From an uncultured Methanosarcinaceae archaeon (GTDB lineage Archaea > Halobacteriota > Methanosarcinia > Methanosarcinales > Methanosarcinaceae), in assembly GCA_963727895.1 (NCBI GenBank), contig CAVSHT010000011.1, positions 96,001 to 160,000 on the forward strand: 64,000 nucleotides of DNA, given 5' to 3'. This document shows positions 11,430 to 22,023 of the stretch, in pieces. Numbering within the stretch: position 1 is the first letter of the stretch; every line of letters starts with the position of its first letter. Both the position numbers and the translations under genes were made by a program. Below the pieces are notes generated by a model. It saw only the letters and a list, made by a program, of their open reading frames with translations, made no database searches and was not told the origin of the DNA.

Positions 11430-11760
11430 ATGTAAATGAAAATGTAATATAAACTATAAGTGATATATACTAACTTCTTGCATTTATTATTCATTTATTT
11501 GTGTTTTTTTACTTTTTTATAAATTCAATAACCTCATTTTCGTATTTCGATCCTTTCTCTTTCCTCTTTCTATCCGAACTGTTTTATTCAATGTATTAAT
11601 AAAATAAGAGATTTTCTTCCCATAAAAGAGTGAAATTCTCATAAAGAAAGTAAAATATCCTAATATGATAAATTAATTAAAAAGAATAACACAAAAAGAG
11701 AATCAAATTCGCACAGAAGGAATATATATTTAACTAGAAGCCTAATTTTCCTTGATAGCA

Positions 11761-13011
11761 ATGGGAAGATTCAAACTTAAATGTCTTAAGTGCGGAAAAG
11801 AATACGGACAAGAATACAGACTCACCTGTGAGAACGATGACTCCTTTTTGCGAGCGGACTACTTTGAAAAGAAGCTCGAACTAAGAAACCAGCCAGGTAT
11901 TGGCAAATTTCACTCATGGCTCCCAATACAGGAAGAGCTTACTACAGATTCAGGACCCATAACTTATAAAAGTGAAGCCTTTGCAAGAGAACTTGGACTT
12001 TCAAACCTTTATATAGGGTTCAGCGGATACTGGCCCAAAATGGGGGCTTTTGTTAAAACTTGCAGTTTCAAAGAACTTGAAGCCTACCCGACCATGCAAC
12101 TTTTGAAAGACACCGGAGGAAAAGCCATAGTTCTGGCTTCTGCCGGAAATACTGGTAGGGCTTTTGCACACGTTTCGGCTTTGACAAGAATTGATGTATA
12201 TATAGTGGTACCGGATTCTGGAGTTTCAACTTTATGGCTGCCTGAAGAGCCTACTGATTCCATTCATCTTATAAGCATGAGCCCCGGAAATGATTACACT
12301 GATGCTATTAATCTCGCAGGCAGGATTGCAAAAATGCCTGGAATGGTTTCCGAGGGAGGAGCAAGAAACGTTGCCAGAAGAGATGGCATGGGCACTGTAA
12401 TGCTGGACGCCGCAGTAACCATAGGAAAAATACCTGATCACTATTTCCAGGCAGTCGGAAGCGGCACAGGAGGAATTTCAGCATGGGAAGCCGCATTACG
12501 CCTCAAAGTAGATGGTCGATTTGGACAAAAACTTCCGAAACTTCAGCTTGCTCAGAACCTTCCGTTTGTTCCCATGTCCAATGCCTGGAAAGATAGACGA
12601 AGAGAAATTATTCCAGAGCTTGATATGAAGGATGCAAAGAAACAGATAGAAGAAACTTATGCACAGGTCCTTACCAATCGGGCTCCCCCATATGGAGTTA
12701 CAGGTGGTCTCTACGATGCACTTACAGATACTGACGGAATAATGTATGCAATTACCAGAGAAGAAGCTCTTGAAGCTAAAGCCCTTTTCGAGTCCCTTGA
12801 AGGAATAGACATCCTGCCACCTTCTGCAGTTGCAACAGCTTCCTTATTAAAAGCAGTGGAAGCAGGAAATGTTAAGAAAGATGAAACTATTCTCCTGAAT
12901 CTTGCAGGCGGGGGATACGAACGCTTGAAAAAAGATTTTACACTCCACCAAATTGAACCGGTAGCTATTGCCAAAAACCCGGATATACCCCTTGAAGAAC
13001 TGAATATATGA
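11761..13011 (+). CDS. Cysteate synthase (coenzyme M biosynthesis)
   Basis: Threonine-synthase-like PLP fold (TCSFKELEA, ASAGNTG, VGSGTGG); adjacent to comDE. Confidence 0.93.
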   Translation: MGRFKLKCLKCGKEYGQEYRLTCENDDSFLRADYFEKKLELRNQPGIGKFHSWLPIQEELTTDSGPITYKSEAFARELGLSNLYIGFSGYWPKMGAFVKTCSFKELEAYPTMQLLKDTGGKAIVLASAGNTGRAFAHVSALTRIDVYIVVPDSGVSTLWLPEEPTDSIHLISMSPGNDYTDAINLAGRIAKMPGMVSEGGARNVARRDGMGTVMLDAAVTIGKIPDHYFQAVGSGTGGISAWEAALRLKVDGRFGQKLPKLQLAQNLPFVPMSNAWKDRRREIIPELDMKDAKKQIEETYAQVLTNRAPPYGVTGGLYDALTDTDGIMYAITREEALEAKALFESLEGIDILPPSAVATASLLKAVEAGNVKKDETILLNLAGGGYERLKKDFTLHQIEPVAIAKNPDIPLEELNI

Positions 13012-13088
13012 TTTGAAAAAGTATTAGTCCAAAAAGAGTTTGGAAAGAATTACATAAGAAATAAGAAAAGGAAAAATGAGGTATTTCC

Positions 13089-14237
13089 ATGGCAAATCCG
13101 GAAGAAGAAGTAATAGCTATAATGAAAAAAACAGGTATTGACCTTGCCGCAACTCTGCCATGTGACAGAATAAAGAACTTGCTTCCCTTGATCCCAGAAA
13201 ACTTTCCTGAAATCCGATTAACAAGAGAAGAGAATGGGGTAGGAATCTGTGCAGGCGCTTACCTTGCAGGGGGGAAACCGATGATGCTTATCCAGAGCAC
13301 AGGGCTTGGAAATATGATTAATGCTCTGGAGTCCCTGAACATAATATGCAAGATTCCATTACCTGTTTTAGCAAGCTGGAGAGGGGTTTATGGTGAAGGC
13401 ATAGAAGCGCAGGTTCCTCTTGGCGTCCATCTTCCGGCAATCCTTGAAGGAGCAGAGTTGAAGTATACAATAATTGATGAAGCAGAAAAGCTTCCTTTAC
13501 TTGAAAACGTTATTAAAGATGCTTTTGAGAACTTAAGGCCGCATATAGCCCTGGTCTCCCCAAAAGTTTGGGAAAGCTCGGAGTGCTGCGCCTGGGAAAC
13601 TGCGGGGTTGCCAGTAAAGCCGGAACTTATGGAAAAAACATGCAGTTTTAATTTTACCAGGGAAACTCTCAAGCCATTAATGCTCAGGAATGACGCAATT
13701 TGCGCAATTGCTTCTCAGCTTGATGACGAAATTACAGTAACGAATCTAGGAGTTCCCTGTAAGGAACTTTATGCCTGTAGAGACAGAGATCTCAATTTTT
13801 ATATGTTTGGCTCAATGGGATTAGTTTCGTCAATAGGTCTTGGCCTTGCTCTTCTAACCGAGAAGACTGTCGTAGCCTTTGATGGGGACGGCAGCCTGCT
13901 TATGAACCCTAATGCCCTTCTTGAAATTGCCAAAGAAGCCCAAAAGAATCTGATAATTATCTGCCTTGATAACGGTGCCTACGGCTCCACAGGTTCGCAG
14001 GAAACCTGTGCCCTCCGCTATATAGATCTGGAAATTCTTGCAACCGCCTGCGGAATACAAAATACAGCTAAAGTAAACAGCACAGAAGGGTTAATAGAAG
14101 TTTTCAGGAAATTTAAGGCCATGAAGGAACTTTCTTTTATCCATGTAATTCTAAAACCCGGAAATACAAAAGCTCCAAATATTCCTTTAAATCCTGAAGA
14201 AGTTACAAAACGCTTTAAAGAAGCCCTGAAAAATTAA
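13089..14237 (+). CDS. comDE: Fused sulfopyruvate decarboxylase alpha/beta
   Basis: TREENGVGICAG and TPP-binding GDGS...DNGAYGSTG motifs. Confidence 0.93.
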   Translation: MANPEEEVIAIMKKTGIDLAATLPCDRIKNLLPLIPENFPEIRLTREENGVGICAGAYLAGGKPMMLIQSTGLGNMINALESLNIICKIPLPVLASWRGVYGEGIEAQVPLGVHLPAILEGAELKYTIIDEAEKLPLLENVIKDAFENLRPHIALVSPKVWESSECCAWETAGLPVKPELMEKTCSFNFTRETLKPLMLRNDAICAIASQLDDEITVTNLGVPCKELYACRDRDLNFYMFGSMGLVSSIGLGLALLTEKTVVAFDGDGSLLMNPNALLEIAKEAQKNLIIICLDNGAYGSTGSQETCALRYIDLEILATACGIQNTAKVNSTEGLIEVFRKFKAMKELSFIHVILKPGNTKAPNIPLNPEEVTKRFKEALKN

Positions 14238-14326
14238 AGGTAAGAGGCTAAAATTAAAGAAAAGTTTAAAGTGCCTCAATAAGAACCACAAGCTACAGAA
14301 GCATTAAAGGAGAGAAGAATGTTGTT

Positions 14327-15655
14327 TTATTCTCTCCAGCTTATTTTTTCTACAGGTTCAGTAAGCCTGAATCTTCCGGTGAGAATTTTTTCTTTGAGTT
14401 CTTCTGCCGCTATAATTGCCTTTGCACGGTCAGACTGACGAAGGGTTATTTTAATGTCCCTGAGACAGCCTTCTGTTGTGCATTTGACTGAACCCAAATT
14501 TGCGCTGAAAGCTTGTCCCCTGCATCTTGATATGCAGAGTCCACAATTAAAGCAAAATTCCGGACTATGTACTGCTCCGGTTTCTCCTCGGCTTACAGCA
14601 CCCATTGGACAGGATTCAATCACAAGGCAATCTTTGCAGTTAATGCATTTCTCTGGATCGTATTTAACACTCAGGTCCACGTTATCCCAAACATCTCCAT
14701 AGGTGATCTCACAAAGAGGGATTCGTCCTGCAAGGTCTACCAGTTGAAGTAGGATTTCTTTATCCAGTTTCAGGATATTTTTCAGCATTCCTTCATGAAG
14801 AATTGGAATCGGAACAGCCCAGGTATTGATGATTTCAGGACCAGCAGAAGTTAAGAACCCTCCCATATATTCGGGAGTCATGTCATGCATGTCTGCAAAG
14901 CCTGTCAGGTTGGGATTGTCCGGAACGCTTCGGGTGCCAGCTCCTGTAACAAATCCGTCTGCTCCATTGAAAAGCACTTTTGTTCCGATTCCTATTGTCT
15001 CAAGCTTGGGATCGTTTTCAATTGGATTTAACTCACCGCAGCCGCAAAAAGTCATTTCCTTAAATTCGCCTTCAAACGGCAGGGCATGGAATATGGTTTT
15101 GATAGGTTCTTTTCCTGGATTTACAAATGCTCGATAATTTTTAAAAGCGTGTCTTGTTGCATGGAGTTTTGCGTGAGGGATCTCAGATAACCGTGTCTCT
15201 ACTGAAAAGCGATTTCCTTCAACGGTAGTTACATCAACTTTAATGGCTTTTCCTTTTACCATTTCCCTAAAAAGGTGCCCTCCCCCGTAATTGGGATCGG
15301 ATTTACTATGAGCTGTTCCAAGTACTATCAGGTCTAAGATTCCAAGTCTTTCATTAGGGCAGGGGCCTACAATTGCAGGAACACCGTTCAAAAAGACCTC
15401 TGATGCTTTAATAAAGGAATCAGGCTCTGAAACTTTGAATGAAAGCACAGCATAAGTTCCACTCATAATACCACGCGTCGCGGTAGTTACAACGTCTACA
15501 TCTTCAAGCCTTATCTCCTCCCCAGCCAGAACTTTCGCACTTATTTCTGTAGCAGTTAAAACAATAGCGTCTCCAGCGTCAATTTTATCCTGAATTTCCG
15601 GAATTGTACGGCATACATCTGTATTATTAAGTTCTCTGTTCATTATGATTCTCAA
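14327..15655 (-). CDS. comF: Methanogenesis marker 16 metalloprotein / coenzyme M synthase (DUF39-like plus ferredoxin domain)
   Basis: VDVVTTATRGIMSGT, GPCPNERLG, two Cys clusters (CINCKDC, CFNCGLC); convergent on the CoM genes. Confidence 0.85.
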   Translation of the reverse strand: MRIIMNRELNNTDVCRTIPEIQDKIDAGDAIVLTATEISAKVLAGEEIRLEDVDVVTTATRGIMSGTYAVLSFKVSEPDSFIKASEVFLNGVPAIVGPCPNERLGILDLIVLGTAHSKSDPNYGGGHLFREMVKGKAIKVDVTTVEGNRFSVETRLSEIPHAKLHATRHAFKNYRAFVNPGKEPIKTIFHALPFEGEFKEMTFCGCGELNPIENDPKLETIGIGTKVLFNGADGFVTGAGTRSVPDNPNLTGFADMHDMTPEYMGGFLTSAGPEIINTWAVPIPILHEGMLKNILKLDKEILLQLVDLAGRIPLCEITYGDVWDNVDLSVKYDPEKCINCKDCLVIESCPMGAVSRGETGAVHSPEFCFNCGLCISRCRGQAFSANLGSVKCTTEGCLRDIKITLRQSDRAKAIIAAEELKEKILTGRFRLTEPVEKISWRE

Positions 15656-15679
15656 TCAAGGTATTGAGTTCATTCTATT

Positions 15680-17150
15680 TAGCATGAAAGTACATGAGGA
15701 GATTATCCTCACGTGCTCTCTTGATCCTTTTTCCCCATAATCGCAAATATTCCACTAATTATTTTAATCCGTTCATCAACCTAAAAAATCTCAGTTTCAA
15801 TAATCTTTCTCTTTTGGATTTCTCCCTTTTGATATCCGGTTTCATCTTCGTCCATCTCATCGTTTGTAATAAGATGCCATAGTATCGTTGCAATTTTCCT
15901 TGCTAAGACAATAATTGCTTTTGCATGTCCAATCGACTTCTTTTTTCTGTTAAAAAACTCTTTTAACCTGCTATTCTTCTTTCTTGCTGCTGCTTGAGCA
16001 ATCTGTGTCAGAATCCACCTTGCTACTTTTGATCCCCTCTTTGTGATTCTGCCGTTATAGTATTTATCTGTAGATTGATACACATTAGGAACTAGACCAA
16101 GCCAAGAAGCAAGCTTATTTCCAGAAGAAAAATCCTTAAAGTTGCCTATTTCAGCAAGTAAAATTGCCGCACCAAGTTCCCCTATACCTGGAACTGACAT
16201 TAAAATCTCCATTTCTCGCTTATGATTTCGAGAAGCATAATTGAAAATTTCTGTTTCTAAAGCTTCGAGTTCATCATCAAGACTTTTTATGAGTTTCAGA
16301 CAGATCTGAAGTCTGAATGCAGCACTTTGAGAAATTTCTCGATCAAGAATTTCTCTTATCTGAGCAGCTTTTTTCCGAACATTTGGAGAGAGGCTTGCAA
16401 TAATCTGATCAACACTCTTACCTGAAGAGATTCCTAATAAGATCATTCTGCCATTCTTGCCAAAAACGTCTGTCAGCACATTATTCAGGTGTAGCATTTC
16501 AGATGCAAAAATTGAATTTCAGATGCAAGAATTGAGTGAGCTTTATTTTTTAAATCTGTTCTTTTTTGTACAAGTGTTAACCGAAGTCGAACATATGATC
16601 TAAAATCTATATGATCCTTTGGAAAAACTCTTGATGGCTGAATCATATTATTAAGTGCAAGTTGTGCAATGACTTCTGAGTCAATCTTATCTGTTTTTTT
16701 ATGGGTAAATACCTTTATATCTCGCGCATTTCCAACTATCACAGTTAGATGCTTTACCAATGAATCATGAATCGGAACCCAAAAGTAGCTGGTTGATTCA
16801 CATGCAACAACATCACATTTTTCTGATATTACCCAATTTTTAAGGGCTAAAATTCCTTCATCATCTCTGTTGAAACGTTGCTGTTGTTTTTCACCAGATC
16901 TACTGAAAATTGTAGCAATGAAAAAGAGTTTGTGAATGTCTAAACCACAAGCTTTGTTTATGACTTCAATCAAATTAGATCACCAAATTTATTTGGGCAG
17001 TGGAATTGCCTAAAAGGCCAATTTAGCATCCGTGATCAAAGTCACACTTGAGCCTTCGATGGCAATTCACTGATTAGTTTTAGGACGGTTTTGAAAAACC
17101 AAAATCGAGACAACCTTACTGCCCAAGGTAATGAGGACTTAATAGTCAAA
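15680..17150 (-). mobile_element. IS110-family element; transposase 16973 to 15709 disrupted (element ends approximate)
   Basis: DEDD motifs GLDIHK, ACESTS, KTDKIDS and C-terminal SVPGIG/GLVP..YQS. A 20-bp tandem duplication at 16496-16535 frameshifts it; in-frame TAG at 15781. Confidence 0.9.
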
Positions 17151-17543
17151 AAAAAGAACGGAGAGTACTGTCATTAGTTGTGCTTGTTATTCGAAGAAAA
17201 GCATGTGCGTTTTAGAAGCGTGTCTGTTTTTAATAGACAGCAAGATTCTTGAAAACAAGAATTTTAAAACAAATTAAAGAAAGATCTTAATGGAAAGAGA
17301 AATATAAGAAAAGAATGGAGAAATAAAGAGTGAACGTTTTAAGTATAGAGTAGAGAATAAATATAAGTTAAATTGCAAAGTATATGGTTCAATAATGAAA
17401 ACTCGTTCACAAAAAAGGTAAAATTCTTTGTTTTTTTGAGTGGATTCACATAGAAATGGGGCATACCACCCAAAACTTATATAAATAATGATGCGTACTA
17501 TGGAGTTGCACTTTGGTGCGAAAAACGGAAGCAACAAACTAAT

Positions 17544-17617
17544 GGGCTCGTGGTCTAGACGGTTATGACGTCGCCTTGACATGGCGGAGGTCCTGAGTTC
17601 GAATCTCAGCGGGCCCA
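17544..17617 (+). tRNA. tRNA-Val(GAC)
   Basis: GGGCTCG/CGGGCCC acceptor stem, anticodon loop TTGACAT, GTTCGAATC T-loop. Confidence 0.96.
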
Positions 17618-17670
17618 CTAAAAAAGTTTTGTTACAAACACCAAACACATATAAAGGATTATCTACCTGT

Positions 17671-17745
17671 GCCCAGGTAGCTCAGTGGGAGAGCGCTGCC
17701 CTGAAGAGGCAGTTGTCCCCGGTTCGAATCCGGGTCTGGGCACCA
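17671..17745 (+). tRNA. tRNA-Phe(GAA)
   Basis: CTGCC-CTGAAGA-GGCAG anticodon arm, T-loop, ends ACCA. Confidence 0.96.
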
Positions 17746-17749
17746 CAAT

Positions 17750-17821
17750 ACATCAGTAGTGTAGCGGTTATCACCGGGCGTTGCCAACGCTCGAACCCGG
17801 GTTCGAATCCCGGCTGGTGTA
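17750..17821 (+). tRNA. tRNA-Gly(GCC)
   Basis: GGGCG-TTGCCAA-CGCTC anticodon arm, T-loop GTTCGAATC. Confidence 0.95.
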
Positions 17822-17883
17822 TAACTTTTTTATAAGAGTACATTAAATAAATGTATTTAATATGAAAATAAGTAAAGCACAAT

Positions 17884-17957
17884 GGGCTCGTGGTCTAGAC
17901 GGTTATGACGTCGCCTTGACATGGCGGAGGTCCTGAGTTCGAATCTCAGCGGGCCCA
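17884..17957 (+). tRNA. tRNA-Val(GAC), second copy
   Basis: Identical to 17544-17617 (offset 340). Confidence 0.96.
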
Positions 17958-18010
17958 CTAAAAAAGTTTTGTTACAAACACCAAACACATATAAAGGATT
18001 ATCTACCTGT

Positions 18011-18085
18011 GCCCAGGTAGCTCAGTGGGAGAGCGCTGCCCTGAAGAGGCAGTTGTCCCCGGTTCGAATCCGGGTCTGGGCACCA
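18011..18085 (+). tRNA. tRNA-Phe(GAA), second copy
   Basis: Identical to 17671-17745. Confidence 0.96.
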
Positions 18086-18089
18086 CAAT

Positions 18090-18161
18090 ACATCAGTAGT
18101 GTAGCGGTTATCACCGGGCGTTGCCAACGCTCGAACCCGGGTTCGAATCCCGGCTGGTGTA
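18090..18161 (+). tRNA. tRNA-Gly(GCC), second copy
   Basis: Identical to 17750-17821. Confidence 0.95.
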
Positions 18162-18172
18162 TAATAATTTTT

Positions 18173-18401
18173 GGCATTGTTACTTAACTATATCTAGTTT
18201 TTAATTTCTTTATTTCATCAATAGAATAACCGAGTACTTTAGCATTTCAAGACTCTTCGTATAACACTTTGTCTTTCTTCTCAACCTTGCCAGGAAATGC
18301 CTCAATATGCTGTTATATCCTTCAACAGTATACGTTTCTGCTTTTGATTGAGTATGGATCTTTTCTGGAAGAAACTCTGCATATGCTCTCCAGTGATCGG
18401 T
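18173..18401 (-). mobile_element. Partial IS1-family element (transposase 3' end and one IR)
   Basis: TDHWRAY..TYTVEGYNSILRHFLARLRRKTKCY; end GGCATTGTTACTTAAC. Confidence 0.9.
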
Positions 18402-18420
18402 CTGGTGTATAATAATTTTT

Positions 18421-19159
18421 GGCATTGTTACTTAACTATATCTAGTTTTTAATTTCTTTATTTCATCAATAGAATAACCGAGTACTTTAGCATTTCAAGA
18501 CTTTTTGTATAACACTTTGTCTTTCTTCTCAACCTTGCCAAAAAGTGCCTCAATATGCTGTTATATCCTTCAACAGTATACGTTTTTGCTTTTGATTGAG
18601 TATGAATCGTTTCAGGACGAAACTCTGCATATGCCCTCCAGTGATCTGTCATCACTTCTCCAATCTCTTTTTTCTTCAATTTTTCCCAGAGTAGTTTTCC
18701 AGTTTCCGTTCCTCTGCTATCAAAAGAGCAGTTGATAAACTTTTTCCCAACTCTATCAACAGCAATCCAGATCCAGCAATATTTTTTTTGTTACCGATGT
18801 AAGTGTGCATCTCATCCATTTCAACAATAGATATCTCATTTTCGCTTTTTAGGTCCTCTAACTCCTTACCAAATTTCTTGATCCATTTTTGGACAGAAAC
18901 ATGACTCACCCCTAAAACTCTTCCTATTTAGCGAAAGCCCAATCCTTCAAGGTAAAGTTGTAAAGCCTGTTTTTTAACAGAGACGGAAAAAGCAGTTGAT
19001 TTTAGCTCTACTGTATAGTTATATCCACAATCATGGCATTTGTAGCGTTGACGCCCACCAACTATACCGTTTTTTTGTGACTGGAACTATTGCATCTGGG
19101 GCAGTTAATGAAGAAATATACTTTCTAATAGTATATAACTATGTTTAAGTATCAATGCC
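18421..19159 (-). mobile_element. IS1-family element, inactivated (start ATT, internal stop)
   Basis: IRs GGCATTGTTACTTAA / TTAAGTATCAATGCC; InsA zinc ribbon-HTH plus InsB DDE with an A-run frameshift site. Confidence 0.92.
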
Positions 19160-20034
19160 TAATTTATAATTATAAATCAATACATAATATTGATTAATTT
19201 AAGAGATAAAAAAGGTTAAAAATCAAATTTAGCGATTTTTATTACTACAAATAATTGTCGGACAGCCTCCAAGCAATGGGGTATGTTCGCGCCACCGCTC
19301 GAAATTCCGTTAAAGAAAATAATAACCCTAAATAATTTAGTTTAAGCAGAAGTTAGTAACCGAAAAATGGAAATTGGAAATTATATTATTTCAACGGTTA
19401 CCGGGGAAGTTTCCATCCCCGCAGCAAACTAGCGGGGTATTCGACTGAAATAAAAAAACCTTTTTAGTTTTTTCTGTTTTTTCTTCACCTTGGCAATATA
19501 GTAAAAGAAGGGGCTTATTCAAATCAAAGATTCATAAAACTATTTGAATTTTAGTTTGAAAAATATATTTTAAAATACATAGTTTCAATATATAAAGTGA
19601 TGTTTGACAACTGATATTTAAAGTTGATATATAGAACTAAAAAGTAATAATAAATTGTCAAGTTTTTAACTGAAATCAAGTTTAATGTTAACCTACAATT
19701 TAAGAATGAAGTTCGAATATATGGTAGTTGTTAATAAGTAAAAAAAGATATGTTAACCTGAGCCAATTGTCAACCAAAAACTTAATTAAAATAGAAAATC
19801 ATTAAGTTATTGGATATATATCTCGAGAAGACAAAGAAACGAGTCTGCTTGAAGAGATCTATACCAACTATGTTGCAAACCTGAAAAATCGTAAGGAGAT
19901 CTAAAGATGACAGGAAAGTTCCAGAAAAGAAATGCAGAAAGGAAAGGTATCAGAAAAGAATACGAACTGGAGCAGAAGTTAATAAAGGAAATCGTAGGCG
20001 AAATTCAGGTAAGCGGCGGTGGAGCAACAATAGA

Positions 20035-20247
20035 GTGAGTAAAAAAGTACACATCACAATCCAGGCTGGAGAGATTTCTGAGCAGACCGTAGAAATAGAC
20101 GATTGTACTACCTACGAAGACCTGCTTAATAACTTGAATATAAATCAGGAAACAGTACTTGTATTAAATGGAGGGACAGCTGTTCCCCTTGATGGAGCCA
20201 TCAGTTCTGATAGACTCACAATCCTCAGAGTTGTCACAGGGGGCTGA
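20035..20247 (+). CDS. Ubiquitin-like sulfur carrier (ThiS/MoaD/SAMP)
   Basis: 70 aa beta-grasp pattern ending ILRVVTGG. Confidence 0.9.
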   Translation: MSKKVHITIQAGEISEQTVEIDDCTTYEDLLNNLNINQETVLVLNGGTAVPLDGAISSDRLTILRVVTGG

Positions 20248-20447
20248 TCTGCTAATAAAAGCAGAGCCCTCCTTTATTACAATTCTTTTTTCCACCTTTT
20301 TTAAAGTATCTGTATGGAGTTTTATTGCTGAAAGCATTTTTGTTAGTTAAAGTGTTTTTGCAGTCAGAGTAACATCTAGATAAAGTCCATAATTTTGAAA
20401 CATATTTTAAATTTCGCATTGTGTACTTTGCACTTATACTTTTACTA

Positions 20448-21187
20448 GGCATTGTTACTTAACTATATCTAGTTCTTTATTTCTGTATTTCATCAATAGA
20501 ATAACCGAGTACTTTAGCATTTCAAGACTCTTCGTATAACACTTTGTCTTTCTTCTCAACCTTGCCAGAAAATACCTCAATATGCTGTTATATCCCTCAA
20601 CTGTAAATGTTTCTGCTTTTGATTGAGTATGAATCGTTTAAGGAATAAACTCTGCATATGCTCTCCAGTGATCTGTCATCATTTCTCCAATTTATTTTTT
20701 CTTCAATTTTTCCCAGAGTAGTTTTCCAGTTTCCGTTCCTCTGCTGCCAAAAGAGCAGTTGATGAACTTTTTCCCAACTCTATCAACAGCAATCCAGATC
20801 CAGCAATATTTTTTTTGTTACCAATGTAAGTGTTCATTTCATCCATTTCAACAATAGATATCTCATTTTCACTTTTTAGATCCTCTAACTCCTGACCAAA
20901 TTTCGTTATCCATTTTTGGACAGAAACATGACTCACCCCTAAAACTCTTCCTATTGAGCGAAAGCCCAATCCTTCAAGATAGAGTTGTAAAGCCTGTTTT
21001 TTGACATAAGTGAAAAAAGCAGTTGATTTTAGCTCTACTGTATAGTTATATCCACAATCATGGCATTTGTACCGTTGACGACCACCAACTATACCATTCT
21101 TTTTGTGACTGGAACTATTGCATCTGGGGCAGTTAATGAAGAAATAGAGGTTCTCATAATAAATAACTATAGTTAATTAGCAAAGCC
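20448..21187 (-). mobile_element. IS1-family element, inactivated; truncates the upstream gene
   Basis: Same ~740-bp element with GGCATTG.../...CAAAGCC ends; internal stop; no matching TSD. Confidence 0.9.
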
Positions 21188-21832
21188 CTCACGGGATTTG
21201 AGAGTTACTGGCAAAACTTCTTTGGCTGAAAGTTCGGTATAAACTTCACTGATTCCGTTTTTTCCATCTTCGTTTATTATTTTGTTCAGATATTTTTCTA
21301 ATGATTCTTCAAAGTCTACGCCAGAATCTTTTTTATCTGGATTTACTCTACCGACGTTGATTGCTTCTTTTATTTCTTTGACGTCTTTAGATAACTCTTG
21401 AACTCCTTGATTTGTCTCTTGGGTTGTTTTATCTATTCTTTTTGTTAAGTAGTGGTCAAGATATTTTATAAGTTCAGGTTCTTTTTCTATTTCGACATCG
21501 AGAATTTCAAAAAAAGAGTTTAAAATTAAATCTGCATTGTCGCGAGAGAAATCTTCCTCACTGAATAAGTCAAAAAACTCGTTGATCAAAATTTTTGAGC
21601 AATCAAGCTTATCCGGGTTTTTTAGATATTTTTCGATTGCTTTTTTCACGTTATCCTGATGAAAAAATGTCTCAATTTGTATTTCAGTCAAGTTAGACTT
21701 TTTATTAGAGAACTCTTTGATTGCTTTATTATAAACTTTTGAATAAGTATTGAAAATGTACCCAGGGATCTTCTTGGAAGAATCACATAAGAAATTAGTA
21801 AGAAAACCTAAAGCTAATTCTGAAATAACCAT
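21188..21832 (-). pseudogene. N-terminal part of a NACHT-associated protein, cut by IS1
   Basis: LEKYLNKII...YTELSAKEVLPVT parallels LERYLKNLI...YIELSAREILPIT, which precedes the NACHT P-loop at 25.9 kb; the ORF runs into the IS1 end. Confidence 0.7.
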
Positions 21833-22023
21833 TTTATCCCTGTTGAATGAAAATCTCTTCTTTACTTCTCAATTAACTTCTTTATAAAATCCTCTATATT
21901 AATTCTTCCGATTTTATTCATGAAAAGTTGTTTTTCTGCGTCAAACGTGGCAAATAATCTCAAATTTTTTTAGCTTAAATTCAAAGTTTTGTAGTAATTA
22001 GTGATTATATCAACAGTCTTGAT

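Noticed and set aside
17274..18187. ORFs of 66-124 aa in the ORF track
   Set aside because: Shadow frames over tRNA genes
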